Positions 24,617 to 39,121 of a stretch of 64,000 bases of DNA are shown piece by piece. The position numbers and the translations under genes were made by a program. Each line of letters begins with the position of its first letter. Positions within the stretch are counted from its first letter, which is position 1. The notes under the pieces were generated by a model. The model did no database searches. It was given only the letters and a program-made list of their open reading frames with translations, and had not been told where the DNA came from. Source of the stretch: Rhizophagus irregularis (Eukaryota); contig NC_089432.1 of assembly GCF_026210795.1 (NCBI RefSeq), forward strand, positions 3,782,001 to 3,846,000, in the 5' to 3' direction.

Positions 24617-26285
24617 TTTAAATTAATTATAAATTAAAATCTGTACCACTGACGTTTTAAGCATAGGATTAGGGTAGGCTGAATGGCTGAAAGATTACCT
24701 TTAGAGTTAAATGTTGACAACTCTACACATGAATCAGTGAATCACGTGCCCGAGCTTTATGCGGGATTTAATAAATTTGTAAAAAAGAGTATCATCATAA
24801 TTAAACACTTTTCTATCGTGTCTATTGTTAAAAATAAATCACTTACTTAACAGTTAAGAGTTCTTTTATTATTATTTCATTATGGTCAGTTAATTTACAC
24901 AAATATTTATGTGCTTTTATGTGCAAAATTAATAATTGGAAATTTTAAAGCTACAATCCACGACTCTAAACTCTTATTCCTCAACATAAAACATTACTAT
25001 TATTATGAGAAACCTTCAAATAGAGGTTAAAAATATGTTATATAATGAACTTAATATAAGATAATAATTCTCTAATATCGGTCTACGCCTGATTTTTTGT
25101 GATTAATTTAGACAATTTTAACGATTGTCAACGTGTATTCATTTCATTTATATTGTTTAGAATATTAAAAATATAATTTGACTTAATATAAATGTAATAA
25201 ATGTTATTTAGAAAAATTCCATAAAATTAAGAAATTTTCAAGAAAATTTCCAATTAAATGAATATTGATTAAAAAAAGATGATGGTTTTGATGATTTTAT
25301 AATCAATAAATTTTTTTGATAATTTGATTAATATATTACCAAATGATTTTGTTGACATGAGCATTGAGTAATGATTTTTTTTTATTTTTGAACTAGATTT
25401 CAATAATTCCTCAAAGATGCCTAAGTTGGTAAGACTTCAATATTTGAAAAAGTTATTTTAATCGTATAATTCGATTGATCATTGTGACGGATAAAAAGCC
25501 CTAGCCAAGTGGCTGACACGTGACTACACATATATTTCGTCACTCTTTATTTTCACGTGTTAGTGCGAACGACTATTTATTTATAAATACAGATCTTATA
25601 CGATGGAATTTATATACCCTCGAGTGGTTCTCGAGGCAATTATACGGGTTATTATTATAACAAAACCCTTCCCTATTTTAAGCATATCGTCAATATAGAC
25701 GATTCCGCCAGTATTCGGTGGACTTCTTGTAATTTTTTACATAGTGGTACTTGGGAATCTTATAGAGATACTCTATTATTCGCGGATTGCAATTATTTAC
25801 CAGATTTCACTTTTCTTAGATCCCCATAGTTCACATTTTTTTCTTATTATTTTTTTTCTTCCTTTAACCTTTTCTCTAGTGTAAGGTGGTAGGAAATGCT
25901 TCGGTTGATCCTCCACGGTTTCTATTAAATTTTCGCACCAGGGTGGCGCTGTCTTTCGGGCGGTTTGATTATAGCGTAGTTTAGATAGCGTTTGACTTTT
26001 TATTTTAATTAGTTCTTGTCTATCTTTCTGTAATCTTGTTCACATGGATATTAAAAATAAAAATAAAAATAAATACGATGGAATTTATATTACGTTGGAA
26101 ATTCACATTGAATATTGTGGAAATATGTGGAAATCTAACCAAAAATTATTTAATAAAAAAATCAATAAAATAATTACTGGTAAATATTATTATATTAAAG
26201 TTATAGAAAAATACAAAAAATTTTAATATAAATTAGTGATAATTGATTTTTTTTTTTATTGATCCTTATCATTAATTACGAATTA

Positions 26286-26777
26286 CAGTCAAACCTCTAT
26301 GTACCGATGAGGTTGTATTAGGGAAAAAGTATCGGTACATTGAATTATCGGTATTGTAAATCACGTCTATTATCAGATTAGCGGACAGTCAGACCTTGAT
26401 ACCGATGCTTCTAATATCAATACATTGAATATATTACGAGTAACATAATGCGGACAGACACCACCCGATTAATGGGCCAAAATAATTAAATTTCGGCAAA
26501 ATAAACCGCAAAAGAGTTCAAATTAAATCTTTTACTCGGGCCAACTTTATAGTGCTGGCCCGAATTAATACTAATGTAGCTAAAATATCGGTACATCTTA
26601 ATATTATATGTTATTGAAAAGGGACCAAGAAAAAGTATCGGTATACGTTACATCGCGAAATTATATACAATATCGATACAACGCGGTTTTTTTATTATAC
26701 GTGAAATGGGACAATGAAAATTTATCGGTACAGGAAATTATCAGTACACCGGGGATCGGTACATAGAGGTTTGACTG
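26286..26777. mobile_element. Tc1/mariner (pogo/Tigger-like) MITE
   Basis: TA|CAGTCAAACCTCTATGTACCGAT...ATCGGTACATAGAGGTTTGACTG|TA; perfect 23-bp TIR. Confidence 0.92.
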
Positions 26778-28033
26778 TATAAATTATAATAAAATTATAT
26801 CGTTGGCTTTCTAAAGTGTTAATAAATCGTTGCTTGTAAAAATTTGAAATCGTAGCTTAAAACAAAAATTAAACAAAACGCTTTTTGTGTGAAAATTTTT
26901 TTTTATCGAACAACATTTCGGAAATAAATCAAAAATCTGTAACGTAGTACAACGAAGAATTTAACTAGATTATTTAGCTATACATTTTTAACATTTTTTA
27001 ACTATAACTTTAGCGATACATTTTTTAACTATACATTTTTTAGCAATACGCCAATACATTTTGTTTTAACTTTAGCAAGACATTTTTTTTTGCAGACAAT
27101 TTTAATTTTTTTGTAATATGTAATTGATGATCATGTGATTATAACGCTTCGCTCCAACAGTTCCTGTTTCCTAGTAATAAAGAGTAATGTGCCGCGGTAT
27201 AAATAATTCGCGGGACTAATGTGGAAGAAAGATGCACGCAAATTATAAATATAGAAAAAAATAATGAGTATCTCGAGGAAAAAATTACAAGGACAGAAAA
27301 GAAACAGAAACTGATATTGTCAACAATTCGGTTGTAACAGATAAATATGGATGAACTCAAAGAATAGTTAATAGAACGATTAAGAACAATGAAACAATTA
27401 TAATGTGTAGCGAAAAAAATCGCCGTAACAAAATGTCGCATATGTCACAATAAATATAAATAAAATTTATTTGAAAAAAGCTAAACAATATTATTATTAA
27501 CCATTGTTTTATAAAATAAATATATTTGCATATTTAAAATATTTAAAACTTTTTTATAAATATGTTAAATAGAAAGAAATTAAACGTATTTAAATAGCAA
27601 CTTTTTCGTTACACTGTATATCAGCAAAATTTATCAGCAAATTATTTTAACCAAATATGTCGTGACTCGTGATTTCATGCATAAGATAAGTGACTGGTCC
27701 TTAATAAACAAGTTAAACTCTGAAATGTGAATTGTCCAGATTCGTAATTCTTTTATTTATGCAAACCACAATAAAGCAATCATAAGTGACTTTGAAATTA
27801 TGGTTTGTTGGAACCAATAATACCAAGTAATGATTCGCAAAATGGCATTAATAAACGATAGGAGAATAGCGTCAATTTTCATACTGTTAACTAATAAGAC
27901 ATTTTATATATTACAAGATGTGTAAAAAAAATAATCAAAATTCCGAAATAGTTTTCAATTCTGAAAACTGTATTAATGTAAAAAGGTAAATTATTTTTTC
28001 AGAATGAAAATTTATAATCACAATCATGAAGTA

Positions 28034-28250
28034 TCGTCTAGCACTGCATAAAATACTCCGGGTTACAAAATACCTGATTTAAAAATTTGAATAATAACCA
28101 GGGTAGTGAGGGTACTTTGTGAGATATACCACATATGACCAAAATTAGCCTAATTCTACCAGAATTAAGATTTTTAGGCCATGTAATATACCCGGGTCTT
28201 TTAAAGTGGGGATATTCGCAAAGAGAGGTATTTTATGCAGTGCTAGACGA
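28034..28250. mobile_element. MITE with TA TSD
   Basis: TA|TCGTCTAGCACTGCATAAAATAC...GTATTTTATGCAGTGCTAGACGA|TA; the paralogous flank near 34410 shows the empty site aagTAagaatatt. Confidence 0.88.
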
Positions 28251-29120
28251 TAAGAATATTTCATTATTATTAAAGTTTTATATCTAGTTTTTATATTTCA
28301 TCATTTTGGAGTGTCGTCGATCATTTCATGATTATTGACAACTGTCATTCTGTCAACTAAAAAAGTTTTTTAGTAAATACTATAATTGTTGATATTGAAA
28401 TTAAGATACGCATGATTACTCCCATTATATAGTTTGATGGATGGGAATTAATTGTAGTTTCATTGTACCATAATGATGAATAAATTTCATAAATAAATAT
28501 AAGTTTAAATTTTTATACAAAATTATACTTTTTATCTGCGTTCAAGTTATGGCGAATGATAACCTGTTGGTAAAAAATTTATAAATGGAATTTTATAAAT
28601 AATGTACTATCGGCAAGGCAGGTTTAATTAAAAAAATTTTTATTTTGTTAAAACTTATTGAATTGATGCTTTATAAAATTAGTTTGCAATAAAATCTGGA
28701 AGTTGAATTACTATAAATAAATTAATTCTCGTTTATCATTCTCGCATTACAGTTATAAAAATAAAAATTCTCTTAACCTTATTTCTTATTTTATACGCTT
28801 TTATTTATTTGTTACTTTTTTACGGTTTTCAATTGAGTTTATCTCGTTTATCTCATAAAATTCTTTAAAATAACATCTCATATTAAACTTCTAGTACATA
28901 TATATATATATTGCTGATGTGAAAAGATAATTTATGATATAACGATAGATGAAAATTTATTTTATAATAGAAAATATATATAAGAAAATTACATAAATAG
29001 GTATTTTTAGAATAGTGTATTTACTATCTTGTAAATTAAAGAAATAATAAATACTGTAAATAAATGATATAAAGTTTTTACAATTTCAGTTAATACTAAT
29101 TAAAGAAAATTATTATTAAA

Positions 29121-31300
29121 TTATTGATTTTTTTGAAGTCTTTTTAAATTATTTTTTGCTAACTCATATCCTTGATTGGCAGATTTTTCATACCAATAAA
29201 TCGCTTTATCTATATCTTTTGTAATTCCATTTCCTTTTTCATACAATACAGCAAGATTATTTTGTGCTATATCATGTCCTAAATTTGCAGCATCTTGATA
29301 TAATTCAAATGCTTTTTGTTTATCAATTTTAGTTCCAACACCATTACTATGACAATATCCTAACATCATTATTCCACTTGGAAATTTTCCTTCAGCTGAT
29401 TGTTTAAACAATTTAAAAGCTTTATTATAATCTTTTTCAATTCCCTCTCCATTTTTATAACAAAGTCCAAGTTCATATATTGCAACTATATTTCCATTAT
29501 TTGAAGCTTTTTCAAAATAATCAAAAGCTAATTTTTCATTTTTTATAATTCCATATCCATAAAAATAACAATAACCAACAAAAAGTTGTGCTAATATATG
29601 ATTTTTTTCTGATGAATTAATAAATAAATTAAATCCTTTCTTATAATTTAAACTAGTTACAATTTCACGATAATTAAAATATCCAAGAATAAAAATAGAA
29701 TTTGAACTATTTTGATTATTTATTAACCAATTATAAAATTCTTGTGAATTTAAATTATGATTATTAAAATATTCAATAATTTGTTTCTTTTCTAATTTCC
29801 AATTGATTCCTTTATCTCTTAATTTATAAATAAAATCATTGATTTCGTCAATTATAATGTTGAAATCAAAATTTTCTTGTTTGCTTAATATTATCATAGG
29901 ATCAATTTCTTTTATATTTAATTTATCAAAATTTTGAATAAATTGAGATATTAAATCTCTATATAATTTTGAATTATTATTAATTAAAGAGGCCTCATTA
30001 AGTTCTTGTTCATTTAACATTTGGTGATTTTTTACTATTACATCTGTTTTTGTAATTACGGTATTTAGCCAATCAACTACTTGATATATTGTTGGACGAT
30101 TATCTGGTTCCCCATCCCAACATTCTAAGAAATAAATGTAAATAAGGTTAATTAAATAATATTTTTAAATTATAAAATATAAGGATTTAAATTTTTAAAA
30201 TTTACTCACTAGTATAAATTTTAACATATTCTTCAGGAGTATCAGGAACAACAGTTTCTCTAAGACCTTGTGAAATTTCCACAGCTAACCCAACATCATA
30301 ATGTTCATCCTCAACATAAAAAGGAGGTTGACCACTGGATATTTCCCAAAATAATACGCCTATACTATAAATATCACTTTTTTCATTTAATGAATACATT
30401 TGTGTTGATTGATTATTATTATTTCTAAAGCTTTTTGGATCGACATAAGGAACCACACCACCAAATAATTTAGATTGAAGATTAGATGATGTTACAATTC
30501 TTTTGGATAATCCAAAATCTGCTAATTTGATTGTGTTATTATGGACTAGTATATTACAGGAGTGCTATTAAAGAAACATATATATAATCAAATTTTTTTT
30601 TAAATTAATGATACAAAATACATTATAATTAATGATTAAATAGTAAATTACCAAGTCACGATGCACTATTCTTTCGTTATGTAAGCATGATACGGCACAA
30701 GATAACTGGTATGCCATATTATATTTGTCATCCCAAGTAAGCTTGTTAAAATTTTTCTTTAAATAACTTCGAAGAGTACCACCGTCGGCGTATTCCATTA
30801 CTAACTGATAATTATTATAATTTTCTAATGAATAAAAGAAATAATTACTAAATAAACTTTTGAAAAATTTTGCGATTAAAAGAATATCATATTTATCAAG
30901 GTGATGTTAATAATACCTGTCTCAAGGTTTGTTATTCCATAGCAACGAATAATGTTATCATGAAAATCAACTTCGCGTTGAATTTTTAACTGAATAAAAA
31001 ATAAAATATTTGAAATAAAGATATTAGATAAAATTTCAGACAGGAAAAAAGTGTATTATACATTATAAATACCTCACGAACGATTTCTTTCATGGTGATG
31101 TTATTAAGACTAAAAAAAGATTTTAACGCAAATAATTTTTCTGAATTTTTCCAATTGGCACGATATATGTTTCCGAAACCTCCCGTACCAATATGTTGAA
31201 TATTATTAAATTGCTGGTATTCATAAAATTTTAAATGTTCTTTATCGACAGCTTCTTCAATCCAATTAATCCATTCATTTGTATTTTCGATATCTTGCAT
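29121..31300 (-). CDS. TKL-type protein kinase with C-terminal Sel1 repeats (5 exons)
   Basis: Exons ~31300-31073, 30989-30917, 30824-30652, 30564-30210, 30124-29121 with GT-AG introns. Motifs IGTGGFG, ALK, HRDLHSCN, DFG, SDIYSIG, CWDGEPDNRP; Sel1 repeats (LG.CY..G.G..KD..KA). Confidence 0.93.
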
Positions 31301-33398
31301 TTTGACGTATTTAATAATAATAAGTTAACAGAAAGTTAAAAAAAAAAAAAGAAAAGTTTAATTGTGTATGCTTTTTATATGAAGTTGATGTAGTACAACG
31401 TACAGCGTAATTTAATAATTTTAGTATTACCAAACAAAGAAAAAAGTCAGTAACGCACGCAGTAAATGTAATATATACACAATGATGTCATTATGAAATT
31501 TTTGAGAGAGTACGTACCATTAAAATATATACTACATAACAATTAAGTTAAAAAATTTTTTTATTAAAGGGAGGATGTTATTTGAATAAAATTGAACAAG
31601 ACATCTCATCTACAATAATACCAACAACATATTGAAGTTTTAAAATGTATTGTTATACGATGAAAAATAAGAATATATTAATTTATTAAAAGTATCCTTA
31701 CATCTAGAATATTTAAAATATAATTTGATTTAATATAAATGTAATAAATGTTATTTTTGAAAAAACGATCTTTCATACCGTAATATTTGAGTATGTTATT
31801 CGATTGATGATGAAGAAATATTTCGCAATAACAATGTTGTATTGGCATTATTCGTATGAGATAAAATATTAAGAACTATTGGAGAATTTTTGTGGTTTCT
31901 TTTAATTTAGCAAAAAATGACAGATCTTTAACCTCTAAAATTTAGTAAAGAAAGATTTGAAGTTTTTGGTAAATAAGCTTCTATTATCGTTAACATTTTA
32001 TTCATTATAATCAAAATTATGAAGACAAATTTTTAATTCTATTGTATTAATGAAATTTGAAATCTTTTGAATTGATAAATAAATCGTCATCTTTCTGACG
32101 TTACGAATTTTATTTCTCCCAAAATATTTTTTTTTTTTTTTTGAGAATTATAGTACTTACAGTATATTGTTATCAAATTTTAACTTTCCTCAAACAATTG
32201 ATAATGATAAATTTTCAGATTTAATATTATCCAATCAAAATTCGATATTCAGGACAGAATATAATATTAAACTTTAGAGTTGAAAATGAAAATAAAGATT
32301 TTTTTTAATACAGAATATTCGAAAATATGCAAAAAATTTTTTTTTTTATATTTTTTTTAACAATTGTTTATAATATCACCAAATACACATTTGATTAATT
32401 CATTTATTACTCTTGAAAAGTTAACTGAATATATGGAAAATCTCACAAAATGTTGTTTGAAATATAAAAGATCTATTAAAAAATGTTAATAATAATGAGT
32501 AAACATGAATTTAATAGTTTTTCAGTTTATTTCCCTTAAGATTTCTTTAAGTAGTACAATACAATCTTTGAAAGTGATATCAAAAATGGAAAAATGGAAA
32601 AATTATTTATAATTACGCCTAACCGTAACAGTGTAATCGGATTATATTCTTTTTTATTTAATCTATCCTTTGTTTTTATATTGCTTTAATTAATCTTTAT
32701 GTTTTTTACTTATATTTCTTTATTTTATTTAATTATGCTTTTTAATTAATTGTCTAGTTTTATTTTACTGATTTTATTTGTTTATTACTTAATAAAAAAT
32801 AAACTTAACGATAAAAGCGATTGATTCAACTAATTTTGATCAAACGATTAACAAAATTTTTAAAATTAGGTAACTTGGTAACTTAATAAGAAAGAAATAT
32901 AATAATAAAGAATTTATTTTTGTCTTTTTTTCCTCATTATGAGTGACCTGAGCAGGACTAATAACTAATTGAAACCCGAAAATAATGTATGAAGGGAAAT
33001 TAAATAACATTATTTGCACTAAAAAAATTAATATGCAGTAAATATGAAATAGGTTATGATAACTAAAATCACCTTTCTAAGAATTGTTTTATTTTTCAGC
33101 TTATTTATTAGGTTGAGAAAATTGGAACATACTTTGAATTTTTATTATTAAAATGGTAAAACAGGTAATATTATGGGCAGTTAATTTACACGAATTTTTA
33201 TGTTGCAAAATTATTTAATTGGAAATTTTTAAAGCTGCAACAGGCGACTTTAAACTCTTATTCCTCGACATAAAACATTAATGAACGTAACAATAATATT
33301 TTGATTTTTTCAATAATCTTTTCGCGTCTTTGTATAAATTTTGTCTACATATAAGTGTACTATATTATTTTAGAACAATAATAATAGGGTATTGCTAA

Positions 33399-33947
33399 TA
33401 GGGTTGGATCGGTCCTAGCAAAGACCGGTCCTGTATCAGTCTTGGGACCAGTCTAAGTCTGGACCGGACCGGGACCGACTATATAAAATTTGTTATCTAA
33501 TATAATTATATAAAAATGATAAATTATATATTATTAATAAAGTTTCATTTTGAAATATCAAAATTCTCAAATATCAATATCATTTGATTTCTCATTGATG
33601 CGTTAAAGTACGAGAAACAAAATTTTTTCGTATATGCAATTATTCTGTGTTACATGATCAGCATCCATTACAATTTTTTTTCATATTCGATAGTTGTATA
33701 AGGTTTTAAAATTTTATCCAGTATTTTTACTCTTAAACTTTAAGATTTTATTTGGGTAATACTTAGTTTACAATGAAAACAAAGGTAATAAATAATAAAT
33801 TAATGTCATAATTTTAGTGCGACCTGCATTTCATTATCTTGTTGACAACCCAAGAATACCGCTGTTATAAATAAGATAATTTAAAAACATTAAGGACTGG
33901 TCAAAAGACCAGTCCGGTCCGGTCCGGTCCGGACTAATCCAACTCTA
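33399..33947. mobile_element. hAT-type MITE with 8-bp TSD, nested in an older small foldback element (~33385-34075)
   Basis: ATTGCTAA|TAGGGTTGGAT...ATCCAACTCTA|ATTGCTAA; subterminal ggacc/ggtcc repeats. Confidence 0.9.
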
Positions 33948-34215
33948 ATTGCTAAACATCGCCTGGCCCTTACTGCATTAGGATGGCATTTTTAGCGGAG
34001 TTACATTCATATTATTAATTCTGCCCAAGTTCCATCCTAATGCTGGTAAAGGCGATGATCGCCCAGGATGTTCATAATAATAAATACATTTTTTTTTTGC
34101 GCGATTAAATTAGACGATTATAGACGTGTATTAAAATTAATAAAAACATTGTTTACAATTCTGAAAATTAATTTTATTAATGTAAAAAGGTAAATATATT
34201 AAAAAAGTTTTCCTG

Positions 34216-34379
34216 CCCTATAAAAAAGGTTTGTGCTAAATTTGTGCCAAACGGGCTAATCATACAACATTTATTCGAAATTTGTACTAAAAAATAATAT
34301 AAAATTCGAACAAATTCTAAACAAATATCGTATGATTAACCCATTTGGCACAAATTTAGCACAAACTCTTTTTATAGGG
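34216..34379. mobile_element. Foldback MITE with CCCTATAAAAA TIRs
   Basis: Near-perfect ~70-bp arms; same terminus as 13631; absent from the paralogous flank near 28000. Confidence 0.85.
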
Positions 34380-34600
34380 CAAAGTGAAATTTATAATCAC
34401 ACAATAATAAGTAAGAATATTTCATCATTATTAAACCTTTTATATATTAAATATATTTGAAAACGATCATGCATTTGAATCTTAAAAGTGGCGAATTATA
34501 ATGATGGATGCAAATTTATTTAAGAATAAAAGAAAATATATCTGATATATAAAAATAATTTTTTAGAAAAAAATAAATATACAAAAAAATTTTATTAAAA

Positions 34601-36985
34601 TTATTGATTTTTTCGAAGTCTTTTTAAATTATTTTTTGCTTTCTCATTTCCTTGTTTGGCAGATTTTTCAAACCAATAAATTGCTTTATTTACATCTCTT
34701 GCAATTCCAATTCCATCTCTATAGATTACAGCAAGATTATTTTGTGCTACATCATCTCCTAAATTTGCAGCATTTTTATATAATTTAAATGCTTTTCTCT
34801 TATCAATTTTTGTTCCAATACCATTATTATAACAATATCCTAACATTACTATTCCATCTAAATATCCTCCTTCAGCTGATTGCTTAAATAATTCAAAAGC
34901 TTTATTATAATCTTTTTTAACACCAATCCCATCTTCATAACATTTACCAAGATTATATTTTGCTATTAGATTTCCATTATTTGCAGCTTTTTTATACCAA
35001 TAAAAAGCCTTTTTTAAATCTTCGTTAATACCTATTCCAAAATCATAATAATAACCAATATTTAATTGTCCATTTGATAAATTTTTATCAGCTACTTTTT
35101 TATAATATTCAAAGGCTAATTTTTCACTTTTCATAGTTCCATATCCATGTCTATAACACAAACCAACAAAATATTGTGCTAATGTATGATTATTTTCTGA
35201 TGCATTAATAAACAAATTAAATGTTTCCTTATCATTTTCGCTTGTTACAATTCCAAAATAATTGAAATATCCAAGAATAAAAATAGAATTTGAATTATTT
35301 TGATTATTTAATAACCAATTATAAAATTCTTGTGAACTTAAATTATGATTATTAAAATATTCAATAACTTGCTTCTTTTCCAATTTCCGTTCAATTCCTT
35401 TATTATTTAATTTATAAATAAAATCAATTATTTCATCGATTATAACGTTAAAATCTTTTTCAATTGAATGATTTTCTTGTTTACTTGATATTGATATAGA
35501 ATCAATTTCTTTTGTATTCATCTTATCAAAATTTTGGTCTCCTTGTAATTCTGAATTATTAGTACTTAAAGAAGTCTCATTAAGTTCTAATTCATTTGTT
35601 ATTTGATGAGAATCAATTTCTTTTGTATTCATTTTATCGAAATTTTGAATAAGTTGAGATAAATCTCCTGGTAATTCTGAATTATTAGTACTTAAATTAG
35701 CCTCTTGTTCATTTGATATTTGACGATTTTCTATTATTATATCTATTTTTGCAATCTTTGCATTTAGCCAATCAACAACTTGATATATTGTTGGACGATT
35801 ATCTGGTTCCCCATCCCAACATTCTAATAACCAAATGTAATTAAAGATTAATAAAAATAATATTCATTTACAAAATTTTAAAATTTAAAATATTACTCAC
35901 TGGTATAAATTTTAACATATTCATCAGGAGTATCAGGAACAACAGTTTCTCTAAGACCTTGTAAAATATCCAAAGCTAAACTAATATCATAATGTTCACC
36001 TTCAACATAAAAAGGAGGTTGCCCACTAGATATTTCCCATAATAATACGCCAACACTATAAATATCACTTTTTTCATTTAATGAGTACGCTTGTGTTGAT
36101 TCATTATTATTATTATTATTTCTTCGTTTACTAAAGCTTTTTGGATCAATATAAGGAACCACACCAAATAATTTAGATTGAACATTGGATGATGCTCCAA
36201 TTCTTTTTGATAATCCGAAATCTGCTAATTTGATTGTATTATTACGGACAAGTATATTACCAGAATGCTACGAAAGAAATACATTTTCAAATGAATATGC
36301 AGAATAATATTATTAACGATTAAATAATGTTAAATGAATTACCAAATCACAATGTACTATTCCTTCGTTATGCAAGCATGATAAAGCGCAAGATAACTGG
36401 TATGCCATTTTATATTTGTCGTCCCAAGAAAGTTTGGTAAAGTTTTTCTTCAAATAACATCGAAGACTACCACCGTCGGCGTACTCCATTACTAACCAAT
36501 AATTATTATGATTATCTAATGAATAAAAAAAAAAAATCATTAAAATGCATTTCTTTGAATTTTACGATTAACAAGAATATTATATTTATTAAGATAACTT
36601 CGGTCAATAATACCTGACTCAAGCTTTGTTATCCCATAGCAACGAATAATGTTATCATGAAAATCAACATCTCGTTGAATTTTTAACTAAAATAAAATTC
36701 AAATATTTAAAAATAAATATATTAAATAAATATAATCATTATTTTATATTAAATTACCTCACGGACGATTTCTTTCACGGTGATATTATCAAGACTAAAA
36801 AATGATTTTAACGCAAATTGTTTTTCTGAATTTTTCCAATTTGCACGATATACTTTTCCGAAACCTCCAGTACCAATAGGTTGGATATTATTAAATTGAT
36901 TGTATTCATAATATTTAAAATATTCTTTATCAACAGCTTCCTCAATCCAATTGACCCATTCATTTGTATACTCAGTATCTTGCAT
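34601..36985 (-). CDS. TKL-type protein kinase with C-terminal Sel1 repeats, paralog 2 (5 exons)
   Basis: Same exon structure as 29121-31300. Motifs IGTGGFG, HCDLHSGN, DFG, SDIYSVG, CWDGEPDNRP; the last exon is open through ~6 Sel1 repeats. Confidence 0.92.
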
Positions 36986-37769
36986 TTTGATATTATCAAA
37001 CGTAACGTATTGAATAATAATAAGTTAACAGTAAAGTTAGAGAAAATGAATTGTTAAGGTTTCTATTTTATAATTTTTTTTCCCTCCATAATAGTCGCAC
37101 AACGTACAGCGTGATTAGTGTTACCAAACCAAAAGGACAATCAGTTGATACCACATGGTACCGCAGATTTATACGACTTTTTTAGGATCAGTCATCCCGT
37201 CCTTGCTTCTAAAAATAGATTTTATTTGTCACTACCATCACACCCATTCGCGTTTCTAGGACAAGTTTTTAGCCAAAATCCTATTTGTAACACAATTAGT
37301 CATCACTGTGTTGTTTTCCACGGTCACGGGTTGGGACGGGTTGGGACTTGTTTAATTAGTAAAATCTATTTTTATAAGCGGCTGCAAGCTATTACAAAAG
37401 GATTATGATTATTTATTATTAGAATTGTACAACTTTTTTCATAGAAAGAAACGATAAAAAATTTTATCCGTAATTTCTGTATAAACTCCATGAATATGAA
37501 ACATTTATAGATTAGATTATAAAGGAAAAAAAAAAAAATTTCGGTTTTAAATTTCATTAATTGACATTGGATTAACCACATATTGGAACTTACACATGGC
37601 CAACAGTCGTTTCATATTACACAATTCAATTTATTTATATGGAGACTATTCTAAACGTCAGAGACAATAATTTTTTTTTTTAAAAAAAAAAAATTCTAGA
37701 GATTTTCTTCTCGTTTCTTTCCATAAATTAAGAAAGTTTTCGATTTCCAGATTAGAGAATTTCCAGTCA

Positions 37770-38240
37770 TCAATTAATGAATATTAATTAAAATACTCAT
37801 AAAAATTAATATACAAGTAGTTTAACATTTGCTGAACAACATTCAATTAATAAAGTAAGTAAATAGAATAATTTTGAAATTAGTACGATTTTCTCTACAA
37901 GATTATACCTACACTCATAAAAATTAACACACACAACTTTTAATTAAAAAAGGAAGTTGATTTCATTTGACCAATGTGGTGAAATTATGCTCTAATGTTA
38001 GAAATAGAAAAACAAAATTTTGGAAGTAGTACTGTTATGAAAAACATACTTTTCTATGAATAAGCATAAAATAATTTCATATAACCAGTGATAAGTAGTG
38101 AAATTATGTTTTAAAGTAAAACATATTTTTAATTAGTAAAAAAAAAATAAACATGTATAATATGGTAATTTTATATTAAAAGTGGTGCACTGAGTTTGAT
38201 AAAAATTAATAAAAGAAACTATTAAAAATAAATGTAATAT
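37770..38240. repeat. Dispersed repeat, inverted relative of 47860-48560
   Basis: For example ttgctgaacaacattcaattaa vs ttaattgaatgttgttcagcaa, and gtagtgaaattatgttttaaagtaaaacatattt vs aaatatgttttactttaaaatataatttcactac. Confidence 0.75.
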
Positions 38241-39121
38241 CAGTTATTTGTTATTAAAATCACCAAATTCGAATTCCCAGTTTATACGTGCACAAAATTG
38301 TAAAACGTAATACAAAATTAATATAAATAGACTATCATTTGGACTAAATAATAAGTTGAGTAAAAATCTACATTTACGAAACTTCAATTATTCGACTCCA
38401 GTTCACTAACAAAAAGCCCATTCCTCACCTACATAGTTATTTTAGTGTGTATCATTAGAAAGTAAGTATGCTTTAATAAAACAAAATGTAAATAGAAAAT
38501 TTATATAGTCATAATAGCTATGAATATTTTTAAAAGTATTTTAAAACTCAATGAATATTGTTTAAAAAATTTTTTTTATGATAATTTTTTATAAAATTGT
38601 CTATTTTTTATATTTTTCAAGTCATATAACTAATTCACGTTTCACATTATAGGAACTTTACACTCAAACTGATTGTAAAACATACTTTCAATTTACAAAA
38701 AAAAATTACAGAAATTATTGTGCAAAGTGAGATCCCATATTAAACGGATATTATCAATATTATCAAATCATATTTATTATATTTTTGGCTTAAAAGAAGT
38801 ATTTATCAAATTATTGTATAGCAAAACCAAATAAAAATTTTTTTAATGTTCGTCCCCAAACTTACTACGCCTTATGTAATGCTTTGTGTAACAAAAATAA
38901 ATTAACACGTTGATTAATCACCTCTGGTGAATTAATTATTCTTATTTAATATATATATATATACTACATATTACTTTCTAGTTTCTACCTTTTTTTAAGT
39001 TTTTTTTTTGTAATCCAAACGCATATATTCGTTTGTATTATAAACAATAACCCCTTTTTAAAAAAAATTCGTTTTTTTTCTTATTTTTAACAAATATATA
39101 CATAAATACACACGAAAAAAA

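Noticed and set aside
25483..27449. Possible solo LTRs (TGTGA...TCACA ends at 25483-26044 and 27134-27449)
   Set aside because: No matching TSD, PBS/PPT or second copy in the window; cannot be supported.
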